This document shows positions 37,877 through 50,553 of a DNA stretch of 64,000 bases, piece after piece; positions within the stretch are counted from its first letter, which is position 1; every line of letters begins with the position of its first letter. The notes beneath the pieces were generated by a model. The model was not told where the DNA came from, made no database searches, and saw only the letters and a program-made list of their open reading frames with translations. Both the position numbers and the translations under genes were made by a program. This DNA comes from Azolla caroliniana (lineage: Eukaryota; Plantae; Polypodiophyta), in NCBI GenBank assembly GCA_043228905.1, contig JBHGNT010000016.1, positions 11,594,001-11,658,000 on the forward strand, read 5' to 3'.

Positions 37877-38630
37877 AAGATAGACGGATGGATGGATGGA
37901 TGGATGGGGTCCCCCCCACCCAATCATCATCCTCATCCTCATCCTCTTCATTCATTCATTCATCCTCATCTTCCATTGCATTCCATTCATTATCTTGACT
38001 CTTTCTAGTCATTATCTACATTTCAAAGGCTCCCTCATAATTTTAATAGTTTTCTTGAACATCCCCCAAGTGCTCAAAAGTATGTATGTACACTCTCGGA
38101 TTTACGCTCAGCAAGTGCCAAACTTGATGAATGGGGGAGTGGCCATCTATGTGTCTTCGAAGTTAGCATCAATAATGTCATTGGTTAGGGTGTCATTCAT
38201 TAGGTGAGGTCTCGACATCCATGTTCTAGAAGAGAGCTTCCGGGGAAACTGCCCAAAAGTATTCTTGAGGTGGCTTAGCAACATCGACTTGCAACAACAT
38301 CATTTACACCTCTGAGATCAATACAAACAATGTCCTCGATTTGGGTGTCATTGGTCACAGCATCCTTGATGTTGGCAAAGAAAGCCCCATGGGCATTTGC
38401 AATGTCATCATTAACATAACCTTCATTAAACATGCTTCCATCATTTCAAACATCAATCACAATCAGAAGAATCGTGATATGCATTTATAAGAAATATTTA
38501 TACATGAATAACATATCCTAGTTTAGCACATGTATGGTCAAGTCCCAAAAATATCATTAGACTTAATACACACAAACACCATGACACGACGGAGCCAAAA
38601 CAAGGGGCAAAAGAGTCTGAATATTGGGAC

Positions 38631-41600
38631 TGTTGAGCGGCAAGCTCAACTGGAGCCGGATCGGCTGAATAAGCCTGAGCCGGCAAGCGAGACGGATCGA
38701 TAAGCTGTGAGCAACCGAGCCGGCAAGCAACAGAGTTGGTGAGCTGGGGAGCCGGTTAGCCGGATCCAATCGGTAACCGGAAGCCTAGTATTAGTTTAGA
38801 CTACTAGGCAATTATAGTCTCGTAGTAAGTGTCAAATGCTCGTGTGAGCATTGAAGTACGCGGTACTTCTGTCAGTCCCACGAGGACTTGTATAAATAAT
38901 GCTACTAAGCATAGTTGTATAAACAGAGTGTTTTTATTGTTTTTGAATATAGAGTTGAACTTTTGCTCTCTTTGTCTCTCCCGTGTACTCTGTGTGTTCC
39001 CAACCTTCTCTATTTTCTAACGCTTCCGCAAGTAATCGTTTACATGGTATCAGAGTGAGGTTGAGAACCTCCTCTGCAACCGACAAACGCTTGAAAGCAA
39101 ACCCTAACAGATCGTAAAACAACAGACAGAGAAGTGATGGATAGAGGGATGGCTAGCTCGCTCCCTGTGGAGAAACTCGACAGATCCAACTATGCATCTT
39201 GGTCGTATAAGATGCACCAGTACCTGCTTGGGCATGGCTATTGGAGTTTCGTCGAAGGAGCCAACGAAACAACACCTGATGCGGCACATAAGGACTTCCC
39301 AGTGTGGGAACAATCGGCAAGCAGAGTGATGTACTACTTCGCGTCCAGTGTCGGAGACCAGTTGCTGAGCCACATCCGAGACGCCAAGATGCCGAAGGAG
39401 GCTTGGGGGAACCTGAAGAAGGTTTTCGCTGCGAGCACTACAGCCCAGAAGCTGCAACTCCGACAGGAGTTGAGCAATGTCCGATAGAAGGACATGTCGG
39501 TGGTGGATTACACGGCCCAGATCAAAGAGATATGTGACTCGCTTGCCTCTATCAACGTTACTATAGAGGAAGACGAGATGGTACAGGTCTGTCTTGGGGG
39601 CCTGGCGTCTAAGTTCAGAGCGTTCCGAACGGCGGTGTGTACAAGGGAGAATACGCCGTCATTTTTCGACTTACAGTCGATGCTCCTTGTAGAGGAGAAC
39701 CACGCCGGTGCGTCAACTAGCGCACCCATTGACAGCCGGATGATGTACACGGAAGCGGATCGGTCCCGTGGGCGTGGTGGATGAGGCGGGTCGGCATGCA
39801 ATGGAAGCGGCCGGCAAGACCAGGAACAAAGGCACAGAGAACGTGCCGACAGCAGTTCCAGACCCTCCGGGAGTAGGGGGAGTCATGACGGCACCGGAAG
39901 ACGGCAAGAGAAGACTGCAACAGAGAGAGCGAGTGCTGGAGAAAATGTGCCGATTTGGACAAATCCGGATCCGGCAAGGATGGCAAGGATGGCCGGCTCG
40001 CACTACGCGAAGGGATCGGGAGGATCCAAGAACGGTAACGGGCCAGCCTTGGTGATGAAGCACGAGGCAAACTCGATGAAGAAGACCACTTCCAAATCAG
40101 AGGAAGTGTGGTATGTTGATTTCGGTACCTCGAACCACATGATGAACCACAAAGAGTGGTTCTCCTTTTTGGAGAATTTAACCGGATCAACCAGGAGTAG
40201 TCAAAACCGGAGACGACATTCCTCACCCAATTGTGCACATCGGAGAAGTCCCTTTGAGCCACGTCGGACAGAAGGGGAAGTTGATGAACGTATTACACGT
40301 TCCGACAATCACGAAGAACCTAGTGTCGGTCGGACAGATCGTCGACCAAGGGATGCAGGTGCGGTTTACGCACCTCAGGTGCTTCATCGAGGAAGAGGGC
40401 CAGATTATTGCGCAAGGGCGCAGAGACGGGAGGATGTTTATCCTCAACACCAATGACGTCGACACCGCTCTGTTTGCAAAAGGACAGAAGGTCGAATCGG
40501 ACATCGACCTGTGGCACAAGCGGATAGGCCACGTCAATTACCGGAGGCTTCAAGACTTGCAAACGAAACAAGTTGTTTTTGGTTTGCCGAAGTTTAGCGG
40601 CCGGAAGGCCCAAGTATGTGAAGCCTGCCAACTCGGGAAGCAACACTGGCTTCCATTCCCCACCGAACATAACCGGAGGTGGAACAAGCTCGACCTTATC
40701 CATTCGGATGTGTGGGGACCGACACAGAATGTTAGTCTTGGCGGGAGTCGATATTTCGTCTCCTTCATCGACGACTATACGCGACACACATGGATCTACC
40801 TCATTGAGCAGAAGAGTGAAGTCTTTGAGTGTTTCCGGAGTCTCCAAAGCATGGTGGAACGGGAATCGAAGAGGAAGATCAAATGCCTGTGGTCGGATGG
40901 CGGGAAAAAATACTTTTCCGGCCAATTCAACAGTTATCTGCAGCAAACGGGAATTCGGCGAGAGTTCAGCTGCAGATACACACCGCAACAGAACGGTGTT
41001 GCCGAGAGGAAGAACCGATCGCTTATTGATGCGACAAGGGCAATGCTGGAGGAGAAGAGCATGCCCAAATTCTACTGGGCGGAGGCAGTCCAAACGGTTG
41101 TCTACATCCAGAACCGGATCGGTGACAAGGTGTTAGCTCACGAGCTGTATTTCGGGCGGAAGCTGAATTTGAGACACCTTAAGATCTTCGGTAGCATTGC
41201 ATATGTGCATGTACCGGAAGAGAAGCGGAGGAAGCTGGATGCAAAATCGGAAAAATGCATCCTAATCAGCTATGGTCAAGAGCAGAAGGGTTATAAGTGT
41301 TATAAACCCCGGATAAAGCAAGTCTGAGTTAGTCGAGATGTCGAACTCAATGAATCGGCATCATGGTACTCCTTAATGGCTCCGACTTCCGAATCCGACT
41401 TGGTGCCGGTGGATGAGGCTAGTGAGCCTGAACCGGCCCAGGTAGAGGATGATGAAGCATGGACTCAGGATGAGAGTCCTGAATCATTCCTGTTGAGCGG
41501 GCCAAACGAGAGACTGAGTCAATCTGACCAGTGCGATGAGGAATCGACGAGTAGTGGAGACTCTGTTGTGCACTCCCCGCACAAGGAACCGAGGCGACGG

Positions 41601-44154
41601 TTCACGCACAAAGAGAAGGGGAAGAAGAAGATGCCAGAATTTGAAACCGGAAACAATGAGTCGGATCGGTGTGCATCCGACTTCGGCAAGGAGAAAGGCG
41701 GATCTTCGGCAACGAAGACCGAACCAGCCAAGAAGGGCCTCAAACTGGGTAACAGTGAGTTACGTCGGTCCACCTGCCAAAAGGATCCTGTCAAGCGGTA
41801 TGGGTACAATGAGTACATGGCGCATCACTATGCGTACATGACTAAGGTGGCGGAAGTGCGTGAGCCAGGGAGCTACGCAGAAGCGGCAAAGGACGGAAAT
41901 TGGCGTGCCGATATGGATGAAGAAATGTGGGCACTCGCTGCCAACGAGACATGGGACCTGGTTGACCCTCCTCGTCACTGTAAACCGATTGGATGCAAGT
42001 GGGTGTACAAAGTAAAGTACAACGCCGACGGTTCAGTTAACCGGTACAAGGCCCGGTTATTGGCGAAGGGATATGCGCAGACCCACGGAATCGACTACGA
42101 CAAGACCTTCACTCCTGTAGCGAAGATGACGACGGTTTGTGTGGTGCTGGCAGTTGCTACGGCAAGGGGATGGCATCTTCATCAGATGGATGTGAAGAAT
42201 GCATTTCTTCAAGGTGATCTTGAAGAAGAAGTCTTTATGACTCAGCCTCCCGGTTTTGAATCGGAGATGAACAAGTCAGCGGTATGCCGACTGAAGAAGT
42301 CGTTGTACGGCCTGAAGCAAGCCCCTCGAGCTTGGAATGCGAAGATCATGCACCGGTTGCGTAAGATGGGGTTTGTGGCCTCCAAATCGGACTCTTCATT
42401 GTTCATCCGGCAAGGCTCAGCTGGTCCGGTATATATATTGCTGTATGTTGATGATCTCGTCATCACCGGACCGAGTGTTCCAGAAATCAACTGCGTCAAG
42501 TCCCAGTTGTCGGACGCATTTGAGATGAAGGATCTGGGGGATCTTCATTATTTTCTAGGGATCGAGGTGATCTGAACCCTCGACGGCATATTACTCTTGC
42601 AACGACATTATGTCTTGAATATGTTGTACAAGTTCGGCATGACAGAATGCCGACCTGTCTCCACACCCTTGGACCGGAACCAGAAGCTTCGTCCCAACTC
42701 CGGACCGGCTTGCAACGAGCAACGGTTCCGACAAATTTTCGGAAGCCTTATTTACTTGACTATCACGCGACCCGACATCAGCTATCCAGTCGGAATGATA
42801 AGTTAGTTCTTGCAGATCCCGACCGTGGAGCACCTTCAGTGCGCGCAACGGATACTGCGATATGTAAGCGGCACGAAGGACCGAGGCCTATTATACCGGC
42901 GCGGTATACCCAAAGAGTTGGTCGGTTACACAGATGCCGACTGGGCTGGCGATGCATCAGATCGCCGATCAACCTCCAGTTACATGTTTTCCCTAGGTAG
43001 CGCGACTGTTGCGTGGAGCAACAAAAAGGAGCCAACAGTTGCTCTGTCGAGCATTAAGACTGAGTATCGGGGTGCTACCATTGCCACCTGTGAAGCCATT
43101 TGGTTACGGCGACTGTTGCAAGACCTATGGATCGAGGTACTGACCCCGATTTTGTTCTACTGCGACAACATAAGCAGAATGCAACTCGCCAAGAACCCCG
43201 TATTCCATGCTCGCACAAAACACATAGAAGTGCACTATCACTTCGTGCGTGAGTATGTCCTGAGCGGTGAGGTTGAACTTCGGTATGTTCACACGGATCA
43301 ACAAGTTGCCGACATCTTCACCAAACCACTTGGATCGGACAAGTTGCAGTACTTCACCGAAATGCTTGGTGTTCAGCATCTCGATGTGCCACACTTGAGG
43401 GGGAGAACGAGCAAAGACACCGGAACGGGCAAAGGCAAAGAGACTGTTGATTGCGCCGGTGAGGGAAGAACAGAAGGCGGCAGAGTCAAGAAGGACAGCG
43501 CCGACCGAAGGAAGAAGGCCAAGACCCGGACATGGTCCGATGTGGTGAAGGGCTTGGAACCAGAAGACGAATCGGGAGCAACCGATTTGGACAAGAGCTG
43601 GAACGAATTGGAGACAGTCGATTCGACTCCAAAGACAGATTTGGAAGAACCGGATCAATTCAAGGCCAAGCAGACACGGATGTAGCAGAAGTCGATGCCA
43701 TCGTGGAGGAACCGACGGATCGATAAGCGTCGGAGTCATAGCAGCGAAGGAGTTGAGAGGGGCCTATTGAGTAGACATACCGACCGAGAAGGTCGAGGCG
43801 CGCAGAACAAGAGGGGTCACGACAAACGGGACCGGACCGAACGAGGAGCGCGAGCAAGATGAAGCGACGCCAAGAGAAGTCGGTTGGAAGAACCAGCTGC
43901 CACAGAGACTGACACTAAGATCCAACCTCAAGTTGAGCATGAGGGGGAGTGTTGAGCGGCAAGCTCAACTGGAGCCGGATCGGTTGAATAAGCCTGAGCC
44001 AGCAAGCGAGACGGATCGGTAAGCTGTGAGCAACCGAGCCGGCAAGCAACAGAGCCGATGAGCTGGGGAGCCGGTTAGCCGGATCCAATCGGTAACTGGA
44101 ATTGTGTTCCCTACCTTCTCTATTTTCTAACGCTTCTGCAAGTACTCGTTTACA
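38631..44154 (+). mobile_element. Full-length degenerate Ty1/copia element (second lineage)
   Basis: 5' LTR 38631-39044, PBS TGGTATCAGAG from 39045, PPT 43940-43949, internally deleted 3' LTR 43950-44154 and 5-bp TSD GGGAC. Gag, INT, RT and RH fragments. Confidence 0.95.
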
Positions 44155-44417
44155 GGGACAAAACCAAAATGTGAGTTGGGACCAGTTGGGACATCACCAC
44201 TATGATCCGAGGGGGAGAGATCACTAAACATCAACTTTTGAAAATGAGAATGAGCAAATCAATAATCCTTTCCACCCCCTCTCCTTATGTAAGGCCATAT
44301 ATGGTTGTTGGGACTAGTCGTTGGGCTAGTCATTGGGCCCCAACATTGGGACAAACCATGGTGGCATGACTTTTGGGACTAGGATTGTGTTGAGTAAACA
44401 AGCTCAATCGGATCCGG

Positions 44418-45090
44418 TGTCGTAGTGTATTTCGTACACTACGTGAAAAAGTAAAAATAATATAACCGATTTAATTACATATAAATAAATAAAGTAAGAA
44501 TATCAAGATATTTATCACGTGCATAGGGCAAGATTCGAACCTTGTACCTCCACGTAGCCAAACCTCAACTTTACCATTATGCTACCTTATCTTTAGTGTT
44601 CTATAAATAGATTTAATAACTATAACTGCTTTATTTGCGCCTACCTTTATTAAAAGGTAAATCATGCATTTTTAGAGTGCGTGAATATTTAATAGAAAAA
44701 AAACGCAAGCAACTAAAAAGTGACTCATGCACATCTAGCGTGCATGAGCACTATATTTAGCAAATAAAAGCAAGGATTAGAAAAGCATCACATGCACATT
44801 TAGTGTGCATGAACATATTAGAAAAAAGCATGTAGCTATGCTTAGTCTCTCCCATCACTACATAAGGATGGGGAGCACAATGTAATAGGTGTGTGAAATA
44901 TTTGGAAATTGGATATATTTCCGAAAACACCAACTGATTAATATACTCGTGGGATTCACGAAATTTCTATCTCTCTTTCTAATAATCTATCCATTACTAG
45001 CCTCATCTCATATTCTTCTTTCTCCTAGTCCAAAACCCCAGTGGTTCCCACCCGACTCACGCAAACGATCCGGAGCCGAAAGGCACGACA
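44418..45090. mobile_element. 673-bp non-coding insertion with TGTCGT...ACGACA ends and 4-bp TSD CCGG (solo LTR or Ginger-like)
   Basis: CCGG at 44414-44417 and 45091-45094. Removing the insert restores an LTR homologous to the one at 38631. Confidence 0.85.
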
Positions 45091-45987
45091 CCGGATCGGC
45101 TGAACAAGCCAGAGCCAGATTGGAGTCCGGAACGAAGAATCGGATTGGTGTCCGGATGATATCTAGAACCAGAAGCCGGGTCGGATTGGAACCGGTAGGC
45201 TGTTAGAGGCCTAGGAATCTAGCCTAGTATGTAGGCATACTTTTAGGAGTTAGTGTCAGTCATGAGCATTGAAGTACTTGTCAGTACTTCTATTAGTCCT
45301 TTTAAGGATTAGTATAAAAGTGCTCACTGAGCACATTGTATGTACAAAGCATTATTATTTTGAATTGAGTTTTACTGTTCTCCTCTCTCTGTCTCTCCCG
45401 CTCCCTATCTATGTGATTCAAGCTTCCATTCAACCTGTGTGTATTTTCTGTTGCTATCTGGATAAACTGGTTTGTCAAAGCTTCCGCATATTAACTTTGA
45501 CATGGTATCAAAGCGCGAGGGTTGAGAACCTCTGCTACCGACAAACGATTTTAAAAGACAAACCCTAACTTCCGGAAAAGCACAAACCGAAAAGAAGGAA
45601 GATATGGACAGAAGTATGGCGAGCTCGCTTCCAACAGAAAAGCTCGACCAGAGCAATTATGCGTCCTGGTCGTATAAAATGCACTAGTGCCTGCTGGGGC
45701 ATGGATACTGGAGCTACGTGGAAGGAGCAAATGTAGCAGCACCAGATTCGGCACACAAGGACTTCCCATCATGGGAACAAGGAGCAAGCAGAGTATTGTA
45801 CTGTCTCCCATCCTATGTGCACGACCAAATGCTTGGCAACATCAAGGATGCAAAAACGCCGAAAGAGGCCTGGGAAAATCTCCGGAAGATTTTCGCCGCA
45901 AGTACCATGGCTCGGAAGTTCCAGCTTCGACAAGAGCTCAATAGTATCCGACAACGGGACATGTCGGTAATCGACTACACCACCAAG

Positions 45988-46962
45988 TAGGGATCGGCAA
46001 CGGTTCGGTTTAGGCTTAGCCAGTTTGGCCTGATCCAAGCCAAACCGGCTAAGCCTAAACCGTTTACAGGATCTCAAACCTGAGCCGAGCCGAGCCGAGC
46101 CGGTTCACAAACCGGTTTAGGCTAAACCGGTTTATGCTAAACCAGTTTGTGAACCGGCTTGGTAAACGGCTTGGAAACCGGTTTCCAAACCGGCTTGGAA
46201 ACCGGTTTAGAAACCTCCGTCTCTCTCTCTCTCTCTCTCTCTCCCTACCTCCCTCTCTCTCTCTCCCAGATGATCCCTCCCACTCTCTCTCACGTCTGTG
46301 GTCTCGACTCTCTCTCCATCTCCCTCTCTCTCCCCTCTATGTAAATCCTCTCTCTCTCCCCTCTATGTAGTTCCTCTCTCTCTCTCTCTCTCCCCTCTAT
46401 GTAGTTCATCTCTCTCTCTCTCTCCCCTCTGTGTAGTCTCTCTCTCTCTCCCCTCTATGTAGTTCCTCTCTCTCTCTCTCTCTCTCTCCCCTCTGTGTAG
46501 TCTCTCTGTCTCTCCCCTCTATGTAGTTCCTCTCTCTCTCTCTCCCTCTCCTTATATGTTGTCTCCCTCCCTCTCTCTCTCTCTCCTCGTTTGTGTAGTC
46601 TCTCTCTCTCCTTATATGTTGTCTCCCTCCCTCTCTCTCTCTCTCTCCTTATATGTTGTCTCCCTCCCTCTCTCTCTCTCTCCTCGTCTATGTAGTTCTC
46701 CCTCCCTTACTCTCTCTCTCTCTTTCCCCTTGTCTGTTGTCTCTCTCCCCCTCTCTAAAGTTTATAAACGGCTTAAACGGTTTATCCGGCTTAGCCGGCT
46801 TGAGCCGGTTTGGCGAGGCTCAAGCCAAGCCGAGCCGAGCTCAAACCGTTAAGGCAAGTTCAAGCCTAAACCGAGCCGAGCCGAGCCGCTAAGCCGCTAA
46901 GCCGTTTTCAAGCCGGCTAAGCCAAACGGTTTAGGCTTGAGCCGAGCCGTTGCCGATCCCTA
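45988..46962. mobile_element. Non-autonomous hAT element (MITE) inserted in copia gag
   Basis: TIR TAGGGATCGGCAACGG...CCGTTGCCGATCCCTA and 8-bp TSD CCACCAAG. Subterminal GAGCC/AAACCG repeats and a CT-rich core. Gag reading (YTTK|IKKI) resumes after it. Confidence 0.95.
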
Positions 46963-49900
46963 CCACCAAGATCAAGAAGATCTATGATGCGTTCGGCTCC
47001 ATCAACGTGACGGTGGACGAGGACGAGATGGTCCAGATCACTCTTGGTGGTCTAGCACAATGGTACGAGCCAATCCTGATGGTGATTTGCACCCGGAAGA
47101 CACCATCGTCCTTCTTCGACTTGCAATCGATGCTAATGGTCGAAGAAAACCATGTGAGTGGGTCGAGGACCACTCAATCAGACAGGCAAATGTTGTACAC
47201 AGAGGCGGATTGGTCCAGTGGGCGCGGAGGACGAGGTGGGTTAGCAAGCAGTAGCGGCAACCAGCAAGAGCAGAACCGAAGGCACAAAGATAGTGCTGAC
47301 AGCAGTTCCAAACCCTCCACAAGCAGAGGGAGTCAAAGTGGTGCCGAAAACCGGCAAGGCAAAGTCGACACAGAATGGTGTTATTGTGGCAAGAAGGGCC
47401 ACCGGGAAAGCGAGTGCTGGAAGAAACGAGCCGATTCGGATAAATCCGGATCCGACAAGGTCGGACAAGGGAACCAACAAAGCTCGCACTACGTAGAAGG
47501 ATCGAAAGGATCTGGAACCGGTAAGACCGGAAAAGGGCTAGCCTTTGTGGAGAAGCACGAGGCGAACTCAATGAAGAAGACCACTTCCAGATCAGAGGAA
47601 CTGTGGTACATTGACTCCGGAGCATCAAACCACATGGTGTGCCATGAAGAGTGGTTCTCATTTATGGAAATGCCAGAGCAATCGGAAGTTGTTGAAACCG
47701 GAGACGACACTCCTCACCCGATTGTGCATGTCGGAGAAGTCCCTCTAAGCCATGTCGGACAAAAGGTAAAGTTGATAAACGTACTACATGTTCCGACAAT
47801 CACAAAGAACCTGGTGTAAGTCAAACAAATTGTCGACCAAGGGATGCAGGTGCGGTTTACACACCTCGGGTGCTTCAATCGAGGAAGAAGGACACCAACG
47901 ACGCCAGCATCGCTATGCTCGCAAAAGGACAGAAGATTGAATTAGATATCGACCTATGGCACAAGTGGATTGGCCACGTCAACTATTAGAGGCTTCAAGA
48001 CTTTCAATCGAAACATGTTGTTTTTGGATTGCCGAAATTTAGTAGCCAGAAGGCCCAAATATGTGAAGCCTACCAACTCGGGAAGCAACATCGGCTTTCG
48101 TTCCCCACCAAAAGAAGCTGGAACCATAACAAGCTCGATCTAATACATTGGGATGTATGGGAACCGGCACATAACGTTAGTCTTGGTGGGAGCCGATATT
48201 TCGTCTCCTTCATCGACGACTACAACCGACACACATGAATCTACCTCATCGAGAAGAAAAGCGAAGTTTTCGATTGTTTCCGAAACTTGTAGAGTTTAGT
48301 CGAACGGGAAACGGAAAGGAATCTATCAAGTGCCTACGGTTGGATGGCAGAAAAGAATACTTTTCCAACCAATTCAGCAATTATCTGCAACAAATGGGAA
48401 TTCGAAGAGAATTTAGTTGCAGATACACACCGGAACAAAACGGTGTGGCCGAAAGGAAGAAAGTTGAACCCAAAGTCAGATAAGTGCATCCTTGTCGTCT
48501 ACTCACATGCGCAAAGGGGTTATAAGTGCTATAACCCCCAAACAAAACAAGTTCGAGTGAGCCCAGATGTCGAATTTGATGAGTCGGCATCATGGTACTC
48601 TCTACCGGCTCCGACCCGATTCCGGAGGATGAGGATAGTGAGCCCGGAACGATCTTTGTAGAAGATGAAGAAGGATTCGGTACTCTAGATGAGAGTCCGA
48701 TTTCAATTTTGCTGAGTGGGACAACCGAGCGACTGAGTCGGAATGACCAGTCCGATGACGAGCTGGCACGTAGTGGAGACTCGGTCGTGCGCTCCCCACG
48801 CAAGGAATCGAGGGGAAGGGGAAGAAGAACAACGGACGGTTTACACGCAAGGAGACGGGGAAGAAGAAGATGTTGGAATACACCACCGATAGAGATGAGT
48901 CGGATCGGAGCGTATCCGACTCCGGAAAGAACGAAGACGGACCTTCGGAAACGAAGTCTGAGCTGGCCAAGAGGGCCTGGCCTGGCAATCGGTGAAGGCG
49001 AAGTTACGCCGATCCACCTGCCAGGAAAACCCCGTAAAAAGGTATGGATACAATGAGTATATGGTGCATCATTATGTGTACATGGTGAAGGTGGCAGTCA
49101 ACTACGATGAGACATTCGTGCCGGTCGCAAAGATGACGATCGTCCGTGTCTTGCTTGCGGTGCCAGCGGTGAAGGGGTGGCATCTACATCAAATGGATGT
49201 GAAAAACGTGTTCCTACAAGGTGATCTTTAGGAATAGGTGTTTATGATTCAGCCCCCCGGATTTCAGTCCAGAGTGAACACCTCGGCTGTATGCCGATTG
49301 AAGAAGCCCCTCTACGGACTCAAGCAAGCCCCGCGTGCTTGGAATGCAAAGATCACGCAAAGACTGTGTCGGATGAGGTTTGCTCCATCAAAATCAGACT
49401 CTTCTCTCTTCATTCGGCAAGGTCGAAACGGGAGGATTAGTATTTAACTTTATGTTGATGATTTAGTCATCACCGACGCCGACCTAGATGAAATCGATCG
49501 CGTCAAGTCTGACCTCACGGCATCATTTGACATGAAGGATCTTGGGGACGTTCATTACTTCCTCAGAATCGAAGTGATCTACACTCCGAAGGGCATACTG
49601 ATCAGTCAACGACATTATGTGCTGAGTATGCTCTTCAAATTTGGTATGACGGCATGAAAATCTGTCTCGATCCTTTGGACCAGAATGTGAAGCTTCGCCT
49701 CGACTCCGAAATGGCATGCGACCTAAAATGTTTTCGATAAATAGTCGGAAGCCTTATCTATTTGGCCATCACTCGCCTAGACCTCAGTTATCCGGTCGAA
49801 TTGATCAGTATATTTATGACGCATCCAACGGTGGAGCACCTTTAGTGCATGCACCAAATCCTGCGATATGTCAACGGCACTAAGGACCAGGGGTTGCTAT

Positions 49901-50070
49901 ATCGGGCTAGTGTAGCCAAACAACTTGTCGGCTATATGGATGTCGATTGGGCCGGAAATGCCGGCTACTGCAGGTCTACATCCGGATATATGTTTTCACT
50001 TGGAAACACCACGGTCACTTGGAGCAGTAAGAAACAGCCGACAGTAGCACTGTCGAGCACCGAGGCCAAG

Positions 50071-50508
50071 TGTTATGTACACATAACATTGGTGAGGGTA
50101 GGTCACAAATATTTACAATTGTGAAGGGTATGTTCACTAATGTTAAAAAAGGGCCTAATGTGATTGGATAGAAGGACTGATAGGTGCATGCACTATCATG
50201 ATTTGGGCAACCAATGAATGGAGACCCTTTTAGAAAGGCACATCTATTCAAGGGGACTAGGGAAAGGTATAAATATGAGGCTTAGCTACCCTCATAAGCA
50301 CATTTCGTCGGAAGGCTGTTGTCTTAGACACCGGTGGTGCAGGCTAGGTTTTCGTCTCGACGATCGTATGGGATGTCAGTGGTAGGTTGGCTATGTCTAG
50401 ATCATAGCTCGGGGGTGGTCGGGTGGAACGGGTTCTTCTATCCAATCTATTTTCCTTCTTTTACTTTACTTTGGTTTATTGATTAGTAATACTTAACAGT
50501 GGTATCAA
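50071..50508 (+). repeat. LTR (50071-50498) plus Met-i PBS of another LTR element
   Basis: TGTTA...TAACA ends, internal TATAAATA and TGGTATCA immediately downstream. Confidence 0.8.
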
Positions 50509-50553
50509 ATCATTTACTAACAATTTGTTTTTTGTTGTTTTGATGTTTTTGTG

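Larger units (their letters stand above)
44388..50070 (+). mobile_element. Truncated degenerate copia, related to 38631-44154, with two nested insertions
   Basis: 5' LTR 44388-45502 and PBS from 45503. Gag (KLDQSNYASW), WYIDSGAS, INT and RT fragments. Cut in RH at STEAK by an LTR at 50071. Confidence 0.9.

Noticed and set aside
44660-44830. Three palindromic repeats with ~40-bp spacers, superficially CRISPR-like
   Set aside because: The spacers resemble each other, the repeats are degenerate, there are no cas genes and the context is a eukaryotic TE. It is a diverged tandem repeat.
46134-46892. Ser/Leu-rich ORFs
   Set aside because: Artefacts of the CT microsatellite core of the hAT MITE.
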